A stretch of 63,173 bases of DNA, filler included, from Octopus bimaculoides (GCF_001194135.2; 3 parts of 3 records of this genome joined end to end with filler, not necessarily neighbours in it), one strand, 5' to 3'; positions 26,647 to 39,882 are shown, numbered from the whole stretch's first letter. Made by a program: numbers and translations. Notes: generated by a model not told the origin, from the letters alone.

Positions 26647-27919
26647 CTGTAAACAATAACTTTAGTCTCAGTACTTTCTCTCCATTCGAAATCGACTTAT
26701 GGTTTCCTTCCTCCAGGTTCAAACGGCATGAAAGGCTTAAGTACTACAGTCTAATTTATTGATCGTTTTTCTTTTGTTTTTATCTTTCTACCTATCGTCA
26801 TTTTCATGTGCCAGACATTGTTATTTTTGTTTATCATTGGTGAAGATGGGCAATTATGTAATTGTTGGATATGATGACTTCATATCTTGGAATATAAATT
26901 ACAAACAAATTCGAGATTCTCGTTGCTCTTAATATATATATGAGCAAATTTATTTGACCGTAAATTGCTGCAGTCGAGTCTTTGTCGAAACATACTTACC
27001 ACAAAAGTACTAAATTATTTCTAATGCTAGAAACCAATATCATATTTACGGTATTCGCTTGTCATTTAATTTCGATCAACTTCCATATACCCCAGATTTT
27101 CTTTCCATTTATCTGCGGTGTTCAGATAAGTAACAGTGCAATACTATTTCCTGTCTCGTAGCGTCTCTTCAGTTACATGTTCACCAGCACTTTTCGATGG
27201 GAAGATAATATACGTGCACATAAATTAACCAGAGTACCGGTGGTTTTGAAACATTTTCCATGTTGGCATTCATTAAAACCTCTTGTAATCTATTTGACTT
27301 AAGTATTGGCAAATGTAAAAATTGGATCGTAAGCAGAGTATGCTTCGAAGCATGGGAGAAATGTATACAATACCTAAAAATATAATTAAAGGCTTTACTA
27401 AACATGTATTTCACTAAGATTATTGCCTAGCTATATCCAGAAAAATACAGTCTTCAAACAATGCCATTATGGAAAATAATTCTATAGGCTTAATATTAAT
27501 ATTAGAGAAGGGTATTGATATTTCTTGGTTAGCAGCCGATCTGCACATACGTATGCAACTAGAACGTAATATTCGACTATTGCGAAGCATCGAAATACGC
27601 GTTGTATGTAGATTAGAGTACAGTAGATTAGAGGCTTAACACAGTTGAGCCTCGTATACTCCAGTGAACTAGTTTCTGTTTCGATATAGATACAAATGCC
27701 TTATGTTAAACTGCAGCGTTTATTCAGTTGTCCTGATCAATTCATCCATAGTGGAAAGTCTTTCTTTTGGAACTGAGTAGACCGTTTCTGGATGAAATAG
27801 TCTTTGAATGATTGCAACAAAGCAGGAATAAAGTTCTCAAATGCATCTCTGTGATACATGACTGTATTGCTTCTGAAAATATAGCGAACAAAAATGGCAT
27901 GCAGAACATTACTTATGTG

Positions 27920-27966
<47 letters not shown>

Positions 27967-28018
27967 ATGTGTGAATGCGTGTGGGTGTGTGTATCGTTAT
28001 ATATATCAATAAATATGC

Positions 28019-28049
<31 letters not shown>

Positions 28050-28060
<11 letters not shown>

Positions 28061-28350
28061 CATAATATACATATGCATATATACACACATACATGTACAT
28101 ACATACGTATATATGTATATACACATGTATATATGGATAACGACGTCAAAAATCGTAAACAACCTAAAATACAAAATCATGGAAAACAAAACTTTTGCGA
28201 ACAACGAAAGAAACAAATAGAAAACCAAGATAGGCAGCATAAAGAACAATCTCTTCATCAGTTGTCCACCATCTTATCTCCTCCGCATTTCGAGCAGTAG
28301 GGATGCGTCATCATCAAAATTGTTCCTCCCGCAAAGCAAATTACATACAG
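28050..28350 (-). mobile_element. short repeat with split hammerhead-like motifs (Penelope/retrozyme-like), copy D
   Basis: Homologous to 61625-62120, 62960-63173 and 48748-48900: CTCGAAA..N26..CTGATGAAGAG...TCTTTATG plus a T-rich body. Confidence 0.7.
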
Positions 28351-28444
28351 TTTAGGATTTACGTGACGTTGAATTTAGTAACAAAAGCAGGACAGTGAAC
28401 ACAAACGGTAATGGCTTTTAAACCATAACTAGGTGAAGCGGTGA

Positions 28445-28560
28445 ACGCTGGGGAAACAAGATTTGACATGCGTGCTATCTCTGTAGCTGAACGAGTTAGA
28501 AAGATGGCCGCTGGTCACGTGTGAGCAACGAGAGTCAAGGAGAAAAAGTGAGGGAGAGAG
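28445..28560 (+). repeat. unclassified repeat, copy 1 (contains GGTCACGTGT)
   Basis: Shares GGA.ACAAGATTT.ACA, AGAAAGAT, GGTCACGTGT and GAGGGAGAG in the same order with the inverted copy at 31370-31510. Confidence 0.45.
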
Positions 28561-28893
28561 AAGGACGGATAGGGAAAGGAGAATGGGGAAGAGAAGATTT
28601 AGAAACAGTATGGGAGAGAAGAAAGGGGCGGTAAAAAGAAGATTGAAAGAGTAAAAAGTGAGAAATAGAGAGAGTGATAGATTAGTGTCGCATCAGAATT
28701 ATTAAGATAAAACTCACTTAGAAATGGATGCGTAGCGTTCCATCATATACTAATATAAATAATATATATATACAATTAAACCTTGGGAGAGGCATTATGC
28801 CGGTAATAAACACACGCACTGGTTCAGTCCTTTATTAATTTATATAGTTTTTTGTTAAATTATGTCATTGCACTCTTGCAATCTCTTCAGTAA

Positions 28894-28993
28894 NNNNNNN
28901 NNNNNNNNNNNNNNNNNNNNNNNNNNNNNNNNNNNNNTTAATTAATTAANNNNNNNNNNNNNNNNNNNNNNNNNNNNNNNNNNNNNNNNNNNN
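28894..28993. other. synthetic 100-bp scaffold gap: N44-TTAATTAATTAA-N44
   Basis: Exact 44+12+44 geometry, identical to 51134-51233; the 12-mer has stops in all six frames. Confidence 0.92.
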
Positions 28994-29037
<44 letters not shown>

Positions 29038-29109
29038 TCTCTCTCTCTCTTCTCTTCTCTCTCTCCCCCTTTCTCTTTGTCTCCACCTACACATTGTTTT
29101 ATGTATTTA

Positions 29110-29175
29110 GTCGTTTTTCTTTTCTGTTTTCAGCTTCTGGACTTTGGCCAAGTTGGAGCACCATCCTTACAGTCA
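29110..29175 (-). mobile_element. SINE family A tail fragment (antisense)
   Basis: TTTTCAG..CT.GACT..GGCCA.GTTGGAGCACC is the reverse complement of the family A tail. Confidence 0.6.
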
Positions 29176-29293
29176 TTGACCATAATAGTTTTGATGTTTT
29201 CTTTATGTTATCGATCTTGGAGAAAGACGAAAGGATAACACCAGGTGTAAGGGACATGCAAGTAATAGAATTATATGAAAACTTTTATATTCC

Positions 29294-29622
29294 CGTGGCA
29301 GCTTAGGTTAGTGTCCTCCACTACAGCCTCGGGACAACCAAATTCTTTTGAGTAGAAACTTAAAGAAACTCATCGTATATGTGTATATATGTGTATGTGT
29401 GCGTGTGTCTGTATTTGTCCCCTCCCCCACTATCGTTTGGTAACCGATGCTGGTGTGTTTAAGTCCCAGTAAATTAGCAGTTCGGCAAAAGTAATCGATA
29501 AAATAAGAACTAGGTTCACAAAGAATAAGTCCTGGGGTCGATTTCTTCGATTAAAAATTTAAGGCGGTGCTCCAGCACTGCCGCAGACAAACAACTGAAA
29601 CAAATAAAAGAATAAACGAATA
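29294..29622 (+). mobile_element. SINE family A, 5'-truncated
   Basis: CGTGGCAGCTTAGG...AGCCTCGGG..CC ... AACCGATGCTGGTGTGTTTA...GTCCTGGGGTCGATTT...AAGGCGGTGCTCCAGCA...CTGAAACAAATAAAAGAATA. Confidence 0.88.
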
Positions 29623-29713
29623 TCGATGATCGATCGATCAATCAATCAATCAATCAATCAATCAAACTATCTATCTATTTATATATCTATCTATTTATCT
29701 ATCTGTCTGTCTA

Positions 29714-29778
<65 letters not shown>

Positions 29779-30347
29779 ATATATATATATATATATATAT
29801 ATAGGTACATATAAATATATATATATAAAGGAGGCCACTAGGTGGACTGCCAATGTGCTAGAAGAAGATCACATGTAATGTGTCTACTAAGACCGGATAA
29901 TTCTCAAAGGGAATTTAGCGAAGAAGCAAAAACGTAAAACGGGCAAGACTAGTGAAAATTACATAAAAAATACAATTATCTGTAAACATGTTTCGAAATC
30001 AATAGTTTCTTACCGAAAATATCTGTTTCTCATCAGTACAGACCGTTGAAGAAACTATTGTATACAAAAAAAAAAAAAATGAAACACAAATATCTATAGA
30101 TGTAGACATACATAAATATATGTAATAAGATCTCTTCTCAAACCAGTATTTCAGTTTCGTCCATTTAAGATGTTTTGAATAAAGAAATCTTAGAAGCAAA
30201 ACCAACATTAATTAATAAACGATACATTTATAAATTAATTAATAGACCGTACTATAGAACAATACAGTAAAATAATACCTACTTTGGTACAACAGATTCA
30301 AAAGACAATAAATAAACAGAAGCCATACATATAGTACAAAAACCAAA

Positions 30348-30402
30348 GCACTCTAATTGCAGAATGCACTCTAATTACAGAATGCACTCTAATTACAGAA
30401 TG
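30348..30402. repeat. 18-bp tandem repeat x3 (GCACTCTAATTACAGAAT)
   Basis: Direct reading. Confidence 0.9.
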
Positions 30403-30711
30403 GATAAATACGTCATTAAACAAATTGATAAAACAAAATAAAGTAACGCATCTAAACATAAAGCACCTGAATTAAAAAAACAAGTTCATCAACATGAAAA
30501 CAAACTCTCATACACAATATACTTCTAGAGTACAATGTAACAGATAAATACCAAAACATCATGAAAGGTGTAACCTTCATAACTTTAATTGTTAAATCGG
30601 ATATTTTGTTATTGGTTGATCCTACCTTTACAATAAGAAGTTATTGCCATACATTATACAATATAGGAAATAAAATTAGATATAAATTTATTAGGTGAAG
30701 TGCATTGCTCT

Positions 30712-31055
30712 CTTTCAGCTTTCAGATTTTACCGGTTTTAGTCATTGGGCTGCAGCCCTGCGGGAGCACCGCATTAAATGGTTTAGTAGAACAAATCGAT
30801 ACTAATGCTTATTCTATCGGTCATTTTGGCCGAACTCCAGAGTTACGAGGACATAAACAAAACTTCACCGATTGCCGTGGGTTGGTGAGACACAAATATA
30901 TAGACACACAGACATAGACATACATACATACACATACACACCTGCATACGCGCGCGCGCACATACACACACACACACATACACATACGCACACACACATG
31001 CACACATACACACATGACGGTCTTTCACGTAGTCTCCTGCTGCCAAATTCTTTAC
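30712..31055 (-). mobile_element. SINE family A, decayed, with expanded internal (CA)n
   Basis: Antisense tail TTTTAGTCATTGGGCTGCAG...GGAGCACCGC...CTTATTCTATCGGTC.TTTTGGCCGAAC. Confidence 0.8.
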
Positions 31056-31056
31056 A

Positions 31057-31140
<84 letters not shown>

Positions 31141-31369
31141 GTGGCATACGTACACCTTGGTCTCTTATATGTAAGTTACATTTTTCTAAATCTTGTACGA
31201 CTCTATTTCTGCCTATCAGCCCTTTCACTCTTATTCGTTCATTCCACTCTTCGTTCTTTTGTTCCTCCTCTCTCACATTTCCTTGACTTCTCTTCTTGCT
31301 CACTTTCCCTCCAATTTTCACTTCACTGTGTCCCTGTCATTTTTTTCGCCGCTCCTTAATTCTTTTGTC

Positions 31370-31510
31370 CCTCTCCCTCTACTTCTCTCTCTTCTCTTCC
31401 TACACGTGACCGACGTTCGGCCAAGCCTGATCTTTCTTCTGTTGGCCGGCCGTTGTGCGTGCAACATCGATATTTCTCCCTGTGCCTGTGAAATCTTGTA
31501 TCCCTGCTGT
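31370..31510 (-). repeat. unclassified repeat, copy 2 (contains GGTCACGTGT on the minus strand)
   Basis: Motif order matches 28445-28560 in the opposite orientation. Confidence 0.45.
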
Positions 31511-31559
31511 AAGGCTTTATTTCCACACACGCCAGCTTAATTTAATTCGTCCTTAGTTG

Positions 31560-31967
31560 AAAGACACCTGTTGTTATGTCTTGTTATTATTTTTTGTATA
31601 TTTGTGTAACATTGTTCGTTTTCTTTTTCGTCCTTGGTTTTGTATACATTCGCTGCTTTCTTCCAAGGAATCTAATGCTCACAGCTTAGTTTTTCCTTGG
31701 GGCTGGCTAGATTGGAGCAATATCGAGAATAACCAGCCGAAATTGCAAAGATAATCTTGATCTCGACTGATGAACGAAAACTCCGAATGACCTGTCCTTG
31801 TTTCCTTGTATCGTCTATCTGGATGTTTTGTTGTCCCTTTCTTGTATCACCTAACTGTCTGGATGTTTTGCGTTCTTGTCCCATTTTGTATTATATATAT
31901 TAATAGTAATAGGATGACCACAAAAGAATGAATGGATCGCCGCCCTAATAATAATAATAATAATAAT
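31560..31967 (+). mobile_element. unclassified short element ending in (TAA)n, with a CTGATGA-AC-GAAA motif
   Basis: T-rich body, internal duplication TCTGGATGTTTTG..TTGTCCC, motif at 31767-31779, (TAA)n tail running into the gap. Confidence 0.4.
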
Positions 31968-33052
31968 NNNNNNNNNNNNNNNNNNNNNNNNNNNNNNNNN
32001 NNNNNNNNNNNNNNNNNNNNNNNNNNNNNNNNNNNNNNNNNNNNNNNNNNNNNNNNNNNNNNNNNNNNNNNNNNNNNNNNNNNNNNNNNNNNNNNNNNNN
32101 NNNNNNNNNNNNNNNNNNNNNNNNNNNNNNNNNNNNNNNNNNNNNNNNNNNNNNNNNNNNNNNNNNNNNNNNNNNNNNNNNNNNNNNNNNNNNNNNNNNN
32201 NNNNNNNNNNNNNNNNNNNNNNNNNNNNNNNNNNNNNNNNNNNNNNNNNNNNNNNNNNNNNNNNNNNNNNNNNNNNNNNNNNNNNNNNNNNNNNNNNNNN
32301 NNNNNNNNNNNNNNNNNNNNNNNNNNNNNNNNNNNNNNNNNNNNNNNNNNNNNNNNNNNNNNNNNNNNNNNNNNNNNNNNNNNNNNNNNNNNNNNNNNNN
32401 NNNNNNNNNNNNNNNNNNNNNNNNNNNNNNNNNNNNNNNNNNNNNNNNNNNNNNNNNNNNNNNNNNNNNNNNNNNNNNNNNNNNNNNNNNNNNNNNNNNN
32501 NNNNNNNNNNNNNNNNNNNNNNNNNNNNNNNNNNNNNNNNNNNNNNNNNNNNNNNNNNNNNNNNNNNNNNNNNNNNNNNNNNNNNNNNNNNNNNNNNNNN
32601 NNNNNNNNNNNNNNNNNNNNNNNNNNNNNNNNNNNNNNNNNNNNNNNNNNNNNNNNNNNNNNNNNNNNNNNNNNNNNNNNNNNNNNNNNNNNNNNNNNNN
32701 NNNNNNNNNNNNNNNNNNNNNNNNNNNNNNNNNNNNNNNNNNNNNNNNNNTATATATATATTTATATTTATATATATATATGATGTATGCATATAAATAG
32801 ATATATTTATACATTTATACATAGATATATTTTGTACACATAATTACCTAAAACTCCAATAATACATGCATATACATACACACACAACACACACATATAC
32901 GTATGTATATATGTATATGTATGTATGTATGTATGTGTGTATGTATGTATGTATGTATATGTGTGTGCATATATATATATATATATATGTTTTTATGTTT
33001 ATATCTATCTATCTGTCTGTCTCTGTCTCGTGCTCTCTCGCTCACCCTGTAA

Positions 33053-33088
<36 letters not shown>

Positions 33089-33164
33089 NNNNNNNNNNTA
33101 CACGTATATATATTTGTATATATATATCTATATATGTATGCATATTACGGTTACGACAACGAAG

Positions 33165-33325
33165 ATTCCAATTGGCCTTTTGATATACAGGTACTACTCA
33201 CATTTTGCCAGTCGAGTGCGCTGGAGCATTGTAAAATAAACTGTCTTACCCAAGGACAAACGTGCCGTCAGTTATCGAACTCGCCGCCTCGTGATCGCGA
33301 GCCGAATTGCCTAACCATTTAGCCA
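33165..33325 (-). mobile_element. SINE family C (tRNA-like head)
   Basis: Reverse complement: TGGCTAAATGGTTAGG...GAGTTCGA...GTCCTTGGGTAAGACA.TTTATTTTACAATGCTCCAG..CACTCGACTGGCAAAA. Confidence 0.8.
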
Positions 33326-34599
33326 TCTGTCTTCACAGAGTCACGCGCCTTCACACTGATAGATATACATCCGCAGATATATATACATCCATATATACAC
33401 GTACACTTATCTACTTCTTTATTATTTATCTTAATATCAAATCGGTACAAGATCTCAATGAATCAATTTCTTGTCCAATATATTGCTAATGGCGTGACTA
33501 ACAAAGCCTCGTATAGATTCGATCAAAAGATTTGGTTATCACAAAGAACTTCGATCAAAGAACATCAACTTCACACCGATGTTTACAAATCCTTTACCAA
33601 TATATGGCAGTGAATGTTATACAAGTCGAATTTTCACGTAATCATACTCACAAACTCATACATATATACGCATTCATGCATGCAGCACACTAGTCCCATC
33701 TATAATTTCTAAGTTCGCTCAGAGACAACGTCAGAATTTTTTCCTTATCAGATAAAATAGTAATTATTTCGAATATATTCATTATCAAACACTACAATTT
33801 TTGAAGTTACAGTAAAACAAGCACCTTTGCCTAAAACCAAAATGAAATGAAAGAACGCTCCTGTAACCAAGCAAGCTGCTAAATATAGTCTTTTACTCTT
33901 TACCTTTTCTGTGTTATCACATGTGATAAATGAGGCGTATATCCCAGGGGTCAATGCATCATATACGATATACAGTACCGATCTTTTCAACCTCTAGTGT
34001 AACACGTAACTGATGAAACGAAAGCTTTATATTACTCAGAACGTATGAAACCAGGGATAACTAAAGGTCTGAAAACAAGCATGGACGTTTTGGAGAAACT
34101 TACGAAAATGTTTTGGACTGTCAGATGGATAATTTTGCTTATGTAACACCCAAGCGTCTGAAGACATGGAAAAATACGTTGCATGAAGCAGTTCCAAACA
34201 CATGCTGTCTCAGAACAGACGGATGGTATGTGTGGATTATCTTTTAGCATGAATTTTGTGTAGCAGGTATAATAGGGTAAAAAAAATTCAAAAGTTTAGT
34301 AACGTAGCTTTCAAGCTGTTTTCCGGAACCTTTAAAGAGCGGCCACGTAGAGTTTCCCACAGCGACACGTATTGTGCTTTCGTTGATGTCGGAATTGATG
34401 ACTTCTAGAAAGTTGTATACGATCAACAAGCGAGTGTCTTTCTTCAAATATCAGTATGCGAAGAACAAAAACAGTATTCAAACAGAAATAAATCAACAAG
34501 AACTTATGTTGGACAGGAGTACCATGAGAATAACTAAATGATTATTGTTCGACGAAAGAGGGATACAATAAATTCTTCACTCAACAAAGTAAGAACCGG

Positions 34600-34662
34600 A
34601 ATGGAATTCATCGACTAAGTCTTCGAGGCGGTGCTACACCATGGTCTGAAACAAATAAAAAA
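34600..34662 (+). mobile_element. SINE family A tail fragment
   Basis: TCGACTAAG...GAGGCGGTGCTACACCATGG..TGAAACAAATAAAA. Confidence 0.6.
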
Positions 34663-34698
34663 TCAGTGTGTATGTGTGTGTCTATGTGTGTATGTGTA

Positions 34699-34747
<49 letters not shown>

Positions 34748-34765
34748 GTGTGTAGGTGTATGTAT

Positions 34766-34956
34766 GGTTGTGTGGCTGTGTGGTAAGAAGCTTGCTTCTC
34801 AACTACATGGTCCCGAGTTCAGTCCCACTGCGTGGCATTTTGGGCATGTGTCTTCTACTGTAGTCTCGGGCCGACTAAAACTCTCCAAGACGGTGCTCCA
34901 GCAAGACCGCAGTCAGATGACTGAAACAAGCAAAAGAATAACAGAATAGAAGAATA
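34766..34956 (+). mobile_element. SINE family A with internal deletion
   Basis: Intact head to ...CGGGCCGACT joined directly to the tail AAAAC...AGACGGTGCTCCAGCA...GATGACTGAAACAAG. Confidence 0.88.
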
Positions 34957-35888
34957 CACACACACACACACACACANNNNNNNNNNNNNNNNNNNNNNNN
35001 NNNNNNNNNNNNNNNNNNNNNNNNNNNNNNNNNNNNNNNNNNNNNNNNNNNNNNNNNNNNNNNNNNNNNNNNNNNNNNNNNNNNNNNNNNNNNNNNNNNN
35101 NNNNNNNNNNNNNNNNNNNNNNNNNNNNNNNNNNNNNNNNNNNNNNNNNNNNNNNNNNNNNNNNNNNNNNNNNNNNNNNNNNNNNNNNNNNNNNNNNNNN
35201 NNNNNNNNNNNNNNNNNNNNNNNNNNNNNNNNNNNNNNNNNNNNNNNNNNNNNNNNNNNNNNNNNNNNNNNNNNNNNNNNNNNNNNNNNNNNNNNNNNNN
35301 NNNNNNNNNNNNNNNNNNNNNNNNNNNNNNNNNNNNNNNNNNNNNNNNNNNNNNNNNNNNNNNNNNNNNNNNNNNNNNNNNNNNNNNNNNNNNNNNNNNN
35401 NNNNNNNNNNNNNNNNNNNNNNNNNNNNNNNNNNNNNNNNNNNNNNNNNNNNNNNNNNNNNNNNNNNNNNNNNNNNNNNNNNNNNNNNNNNNNNNNNNNN
35501 NNNNNNNNNNNNNNNNNNNNNNNNNNNNNNNNNNNNNNNNNNNNNNNNNNNNNNNNNNNNNNNNNNNNNNNNNNNNNNNNNNNNNNNNNNNNNNNNNNNN
35601 NNNNNNNNNNNNNNNNNNNNNNNNNNNNNNNNNNNNNNNNNNNNNNNNNNNNNNNNNNNNNNNNNNNNNNNNNNNNNNNNNNNNNNNNNNNNNNNNNNNN
35701 NNNNNNNNNNNNNNNNNNNNNNNNNNNNNNNNNNNNNNNNNNNNNNNNNNNNNNNNNNNNNNNNNNNNNNNNNNNNNNNNNNNNNNNNNNNNNNNNNNNN
35801 NNNNNNNNNNNNNNNNNNNNNNNNNNTGTGTGTATATATGTATTATGTAGACGACGTGTGCCTCTGAATATCTATATGCATGTATGTG

Positions 35889-35941
<53 letters not shown>

Positions 35942-36010
35942 TAGTAATATGTGTGCAAGTGTATATTGTTACATTCACACATGGAAATATATGTATGTAT
36001 GTGTATGAGT

Positions 36011-36061
<51 letters not shown>

Positions 36062-36422
36062 TATGTGCGTGTGTAAATATATGAGTGTGTGTGTGCGTAT
36101 GCACTCATACACATAAACACATATATTTTCATGTATGAATGTAACAATATACATTTGCACACATATTACACACACTACTCACGCACATACATACACACAC
36201 ATGCTTACAGATATTCTGAGGCACACATCGTCTACATAATACATATATACACACATGTGCACACACACACACACGCACATATTTACATATATTCTGCGTG
36301 TGTATTAGTATTCGCATACATACATATATACATATTATATACATATATACATAGAGATATTTATATAGCATATTTGTATTCTATATATGTGTATATCTAT
36401 GTATTTTGTGTGCAGGTCTCTC

Positions 36423-36471
<49 letters not shown>

Positions 36472-36530
36472 GCGCATGTGTGTGTGTTTGATATTACAAA
36501 AGTGAGAAACATAACTCAGTTCATAAGCAC

Positions 36531-36626
36531 TTTTATGCAAATTGGAAGGACCTTTTATGCAAATTGGAAGGACCTTTTATGCAAATTGGAAGGACCTTTT
36601 AAGCAAATTGGAAGGACCTTTTAAGC
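36531..36626. repeat. 22-bp tandem repeat x4.4 (TTTTATGCAAATTGGAAGGACC)
   Basis: Direct reading. Confidence 0.95.
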
Positions 36627-37029
36627 TGTGTCCATATTTGTACTTATAAACAGCGATAAGTTATTTATCTATCTGCGGACATAAGTATTCTTTCTGTATT
36701 AAGGGTATCAAAAGATTATAAACTTGTCAGGATGGTCACAAATTTTCTGTCCGCATAGAGATGAAAACCAAATATATAACCATCTAGCTTTATAACTGTT
36801 TAATATCTGTTTATCTGATGAAGATTATCCATTCAGATACAATTCATATTATCCAATAACGATTACTTGCGAAATATTTATGTTGTGTCGACGCCCCCAG
36901 GCGAAGAAGTAGGATCTCCCAAGACATATAAATAGTCTGGCCGTGGTAGGTGTGTTGAGTAGCAGTCGAGTAGCAGTTGTGTACCGGTTGAGTAGAGATC
37001 ATCACATAATTTTCATTTCATGCACATTG

Positions 37030-37570
37030 TTAATATTTCATGTGGCTTCCCTTAACTTGAATAATGACTTTAATGTACCTGGGAAGAGATGCGCACAAAT
37101 CCTTCAATATCTTCACAGGTATATGATGCCATTCTCTGTGGCTGAGCTCCCATAACTCTTCAAGATTGCATGAATTCTTCTGACGAGTTCTCTTTAGTTC
37201 TGTCTGCATTTTGCTCGATGATATCTAAGTAGGGCTCTGAGCTTGTCAATCTTTCAATACGGTAGCACCTTCATCAGCGATCGGTGTCATGGGGCTCCGT
37301 CATGCTGAAAAATGTCACCTTTATCCAAGACGGGTATCAAATTGTCCTTCAGGAACTGGATGTATTTGGCACTATTCAAGTTACCGTCAATTTTAACCAA
37401 CTTCCTTGAACCATCATTTTTTATGTATCCCCAAAGCATCAGACTCTTACCCCCAAACTTCACTGTTTTTGTCGTGTAACGCGAGTCATTTCGCTTTCTA
37501 ATAACCGAAAATTTGTCAGAAGGCCTCTAGGAAAACATATTGCTCTACCTCCTGTATTCGAGTACTATTC
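37030..37570 (-). pseudogene. Tc1-family (DD34E-type) transposase relic
   Basis: TKTVKFGGKSLMLWGYI...VKIDGNLNSAKYIQFLKDNL...IFQHDGAP*H, SPYLDIIE, LWELSHREWHHIP...SLPRYIKVIIQVKGSHMKY*. Confidence 0.92.
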
Positions 37571-39246
37571 TTTTCCCACTTTGTTTCACATCTATGTGCT
37601 TACTCTGGTATATATATATAAATGCATGTGTGTGTGTGCATAAGTATGCGTATATGTGTACTAGCGTGTGCGTGTGTATGTGTGTGTGTGTGTGGTACAC
37701 ACACATTCTTTAACAGACAGAGAGGTAGACACAGAAATAAACATACACACACGCATACATCTATTACTCCAAGAATGTTTGTATCTATGCATGTATGCAT
37801 GCAAATATACCTTTGCGCGCGCGGATGTTTCTGCATCTGTTGGTGTGTTTGTGAGCACGCGCGTGCGTATTTGAGTGTCTGAGGGTGTGTGGAGACATGA
37901 AAGACGAGTCAAGAATTAGAGGTGTCTATAAATATCTTAAGCTTTATAAATATCAATGCGAACAATACGGAATTGTTCGTCACAAAACCTGCTGTTTGTT
38001 TTCATTAGGTGTGTCTCTAACCGTTTACTAAATGTCTTCTTTCTGTCTTAGAAATATGTGAATAGGTGTACGTGTATGTGCACATACATATATATATATA
38101 TATATATATANNNNNNNNNNNNNNNNNNNNNNNNNNNNNNNNNNNNNNNNNNNNNNNNNNNNNNNNNNNNNNNNNNNNNNNNNNNNNNNNNNNNNNNNNN
38201 NTGTGTGTGTGTGTGTGTGTGTGCGTCAGTGTTAGTGTGTGTGTATGTACGCATGTATGTATATGGGTGTGTCTATGTGAATGTATGTATATGTGTGTGT
38301 ATATGTGTATGTATGTATATGTATGGGTATATATGTATGTGTGCATATCTGTATGACAGTATAACAGTATGTATGTATATATGTATGCATGTATGTATGT
38401 GTGTGTGCATACGTATCCTATCTCAAACAGCTGTTTGGTTCTAAAGTTAATCAGCAGTGATCAATCAGTTGATGCTTGTGCCTATGTGCACGGTCGTTTA
38501 TATATACATATACGCATGTATGCATACATACATACATACATACATACATACATACATACGTGCATACATACATACATACAGATATACATACATACATATG
38601 TATGTGTGTATATAAGTATGTATGTATGTATGTATATCTATATATAAAAAAGATGGAAGAAGTTGTCGAGTAATACCAGTGTTTTAAAAGCACATCAGTT
38701 GCATGTAACTTTCATAATATTACGAATGTCTGGTGTACTTTTTCCTCAGGTACATTCGACTTTAGTTGAAAATAATCTACGTCCACTGGACTGTTAAGGG
38801 ACATTAGTAATGTTACGTAAATTACACACTGCGTGCTTTTGAAACAGTTGTAGTGCTTGACGACCTCTTCCATTCCTTTTGTTTTTCGATCCGATTATTG
38901 CGTTATAAGCAATGTTTGTTGCTTTCGAAATGAAGTTGTATATAACCTGTCATCATGTCTGATTTTTCTGTCTAATATCGATATGGGATGCAATGTATTT
39001 GATGCATTAATTCAAAAGGTTTATTGATTACTCTGCATTATCTACAGAGACTAACACATTATATTTTACCATGATCACTCGACTGATCCTACTACATAAT
39101 ATATACGCATGCAAAGAAACGTTTGCATGAACTTAATATACATTTCAGACATATATACATATACAAATGTGTGTATGTATGTATGTATGTATGTATATAT
39201 GTATATAACCATATGTGTGTATTTGTGCGTGTGTGTGTGAGTGTGT

Positions 39247-39339
<93 letters not shown>

Positions 39340-39882
39340 AATGAAAGAAGGGAGGTTGAAATTCCATATATATTGTACCGTTTTTTTTAATCTTGGAGGA
39401 ACAAGTTATCTGTGACACTAACTGACCGACATGGCTACTAGAGCTGAAATATTTCCCCAACATTTAAAGCACTTCGAGTTCGCACCAAGAAACATTTTCT
39501 TTATCGCCTGCTTCTCTTTCTTTCATTCCATCTCCTTCTCTCACTTTTCCTTTTCCTCTCAAACATGCATCGCACTAGTTATACACAATCTGTCTGATTG
39601 CCTCTCTCTCGCCCTCTCTCTCTTTGTATACACTGTCTCAGAAACAGACACACAAACACACATACATTTATAAATATATACATACATATATACGTGCAAG
39701 ATGATAAAGTAAGGTGATAAAGAGAGCGATAGAAAGGTTGGAAGAAAGAAAGAAACTAACAAAAGAAAAGGATATAGAGAAATAGAGAAACGTTAAGGGA
39801 CAAATAAATCGATAGGTGGAAAGCAAGATAAATAGACAGCTGGAAAGACAAATCGGCATCGATAATTATATAAAAAGAGACG

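Noticed and set aside
27000-27373. Minus-strand exon between an acceptor at 27373 and a GTAAGT donor at 26999
   Set aside because: Stops in all three frames and no recognisable peptide.
29110-29250. Strong plus-strand acceptor with an open frame (ORF 29094-29306) as an exon
   Set aside because: The pyrimidine tract and AG come from an antisense SINE tail.
34060-34450. Short protein-like frames on both strands
   Set aside because: Under 70 aa, weak splice sites and no motif; indistinguishable from chance.
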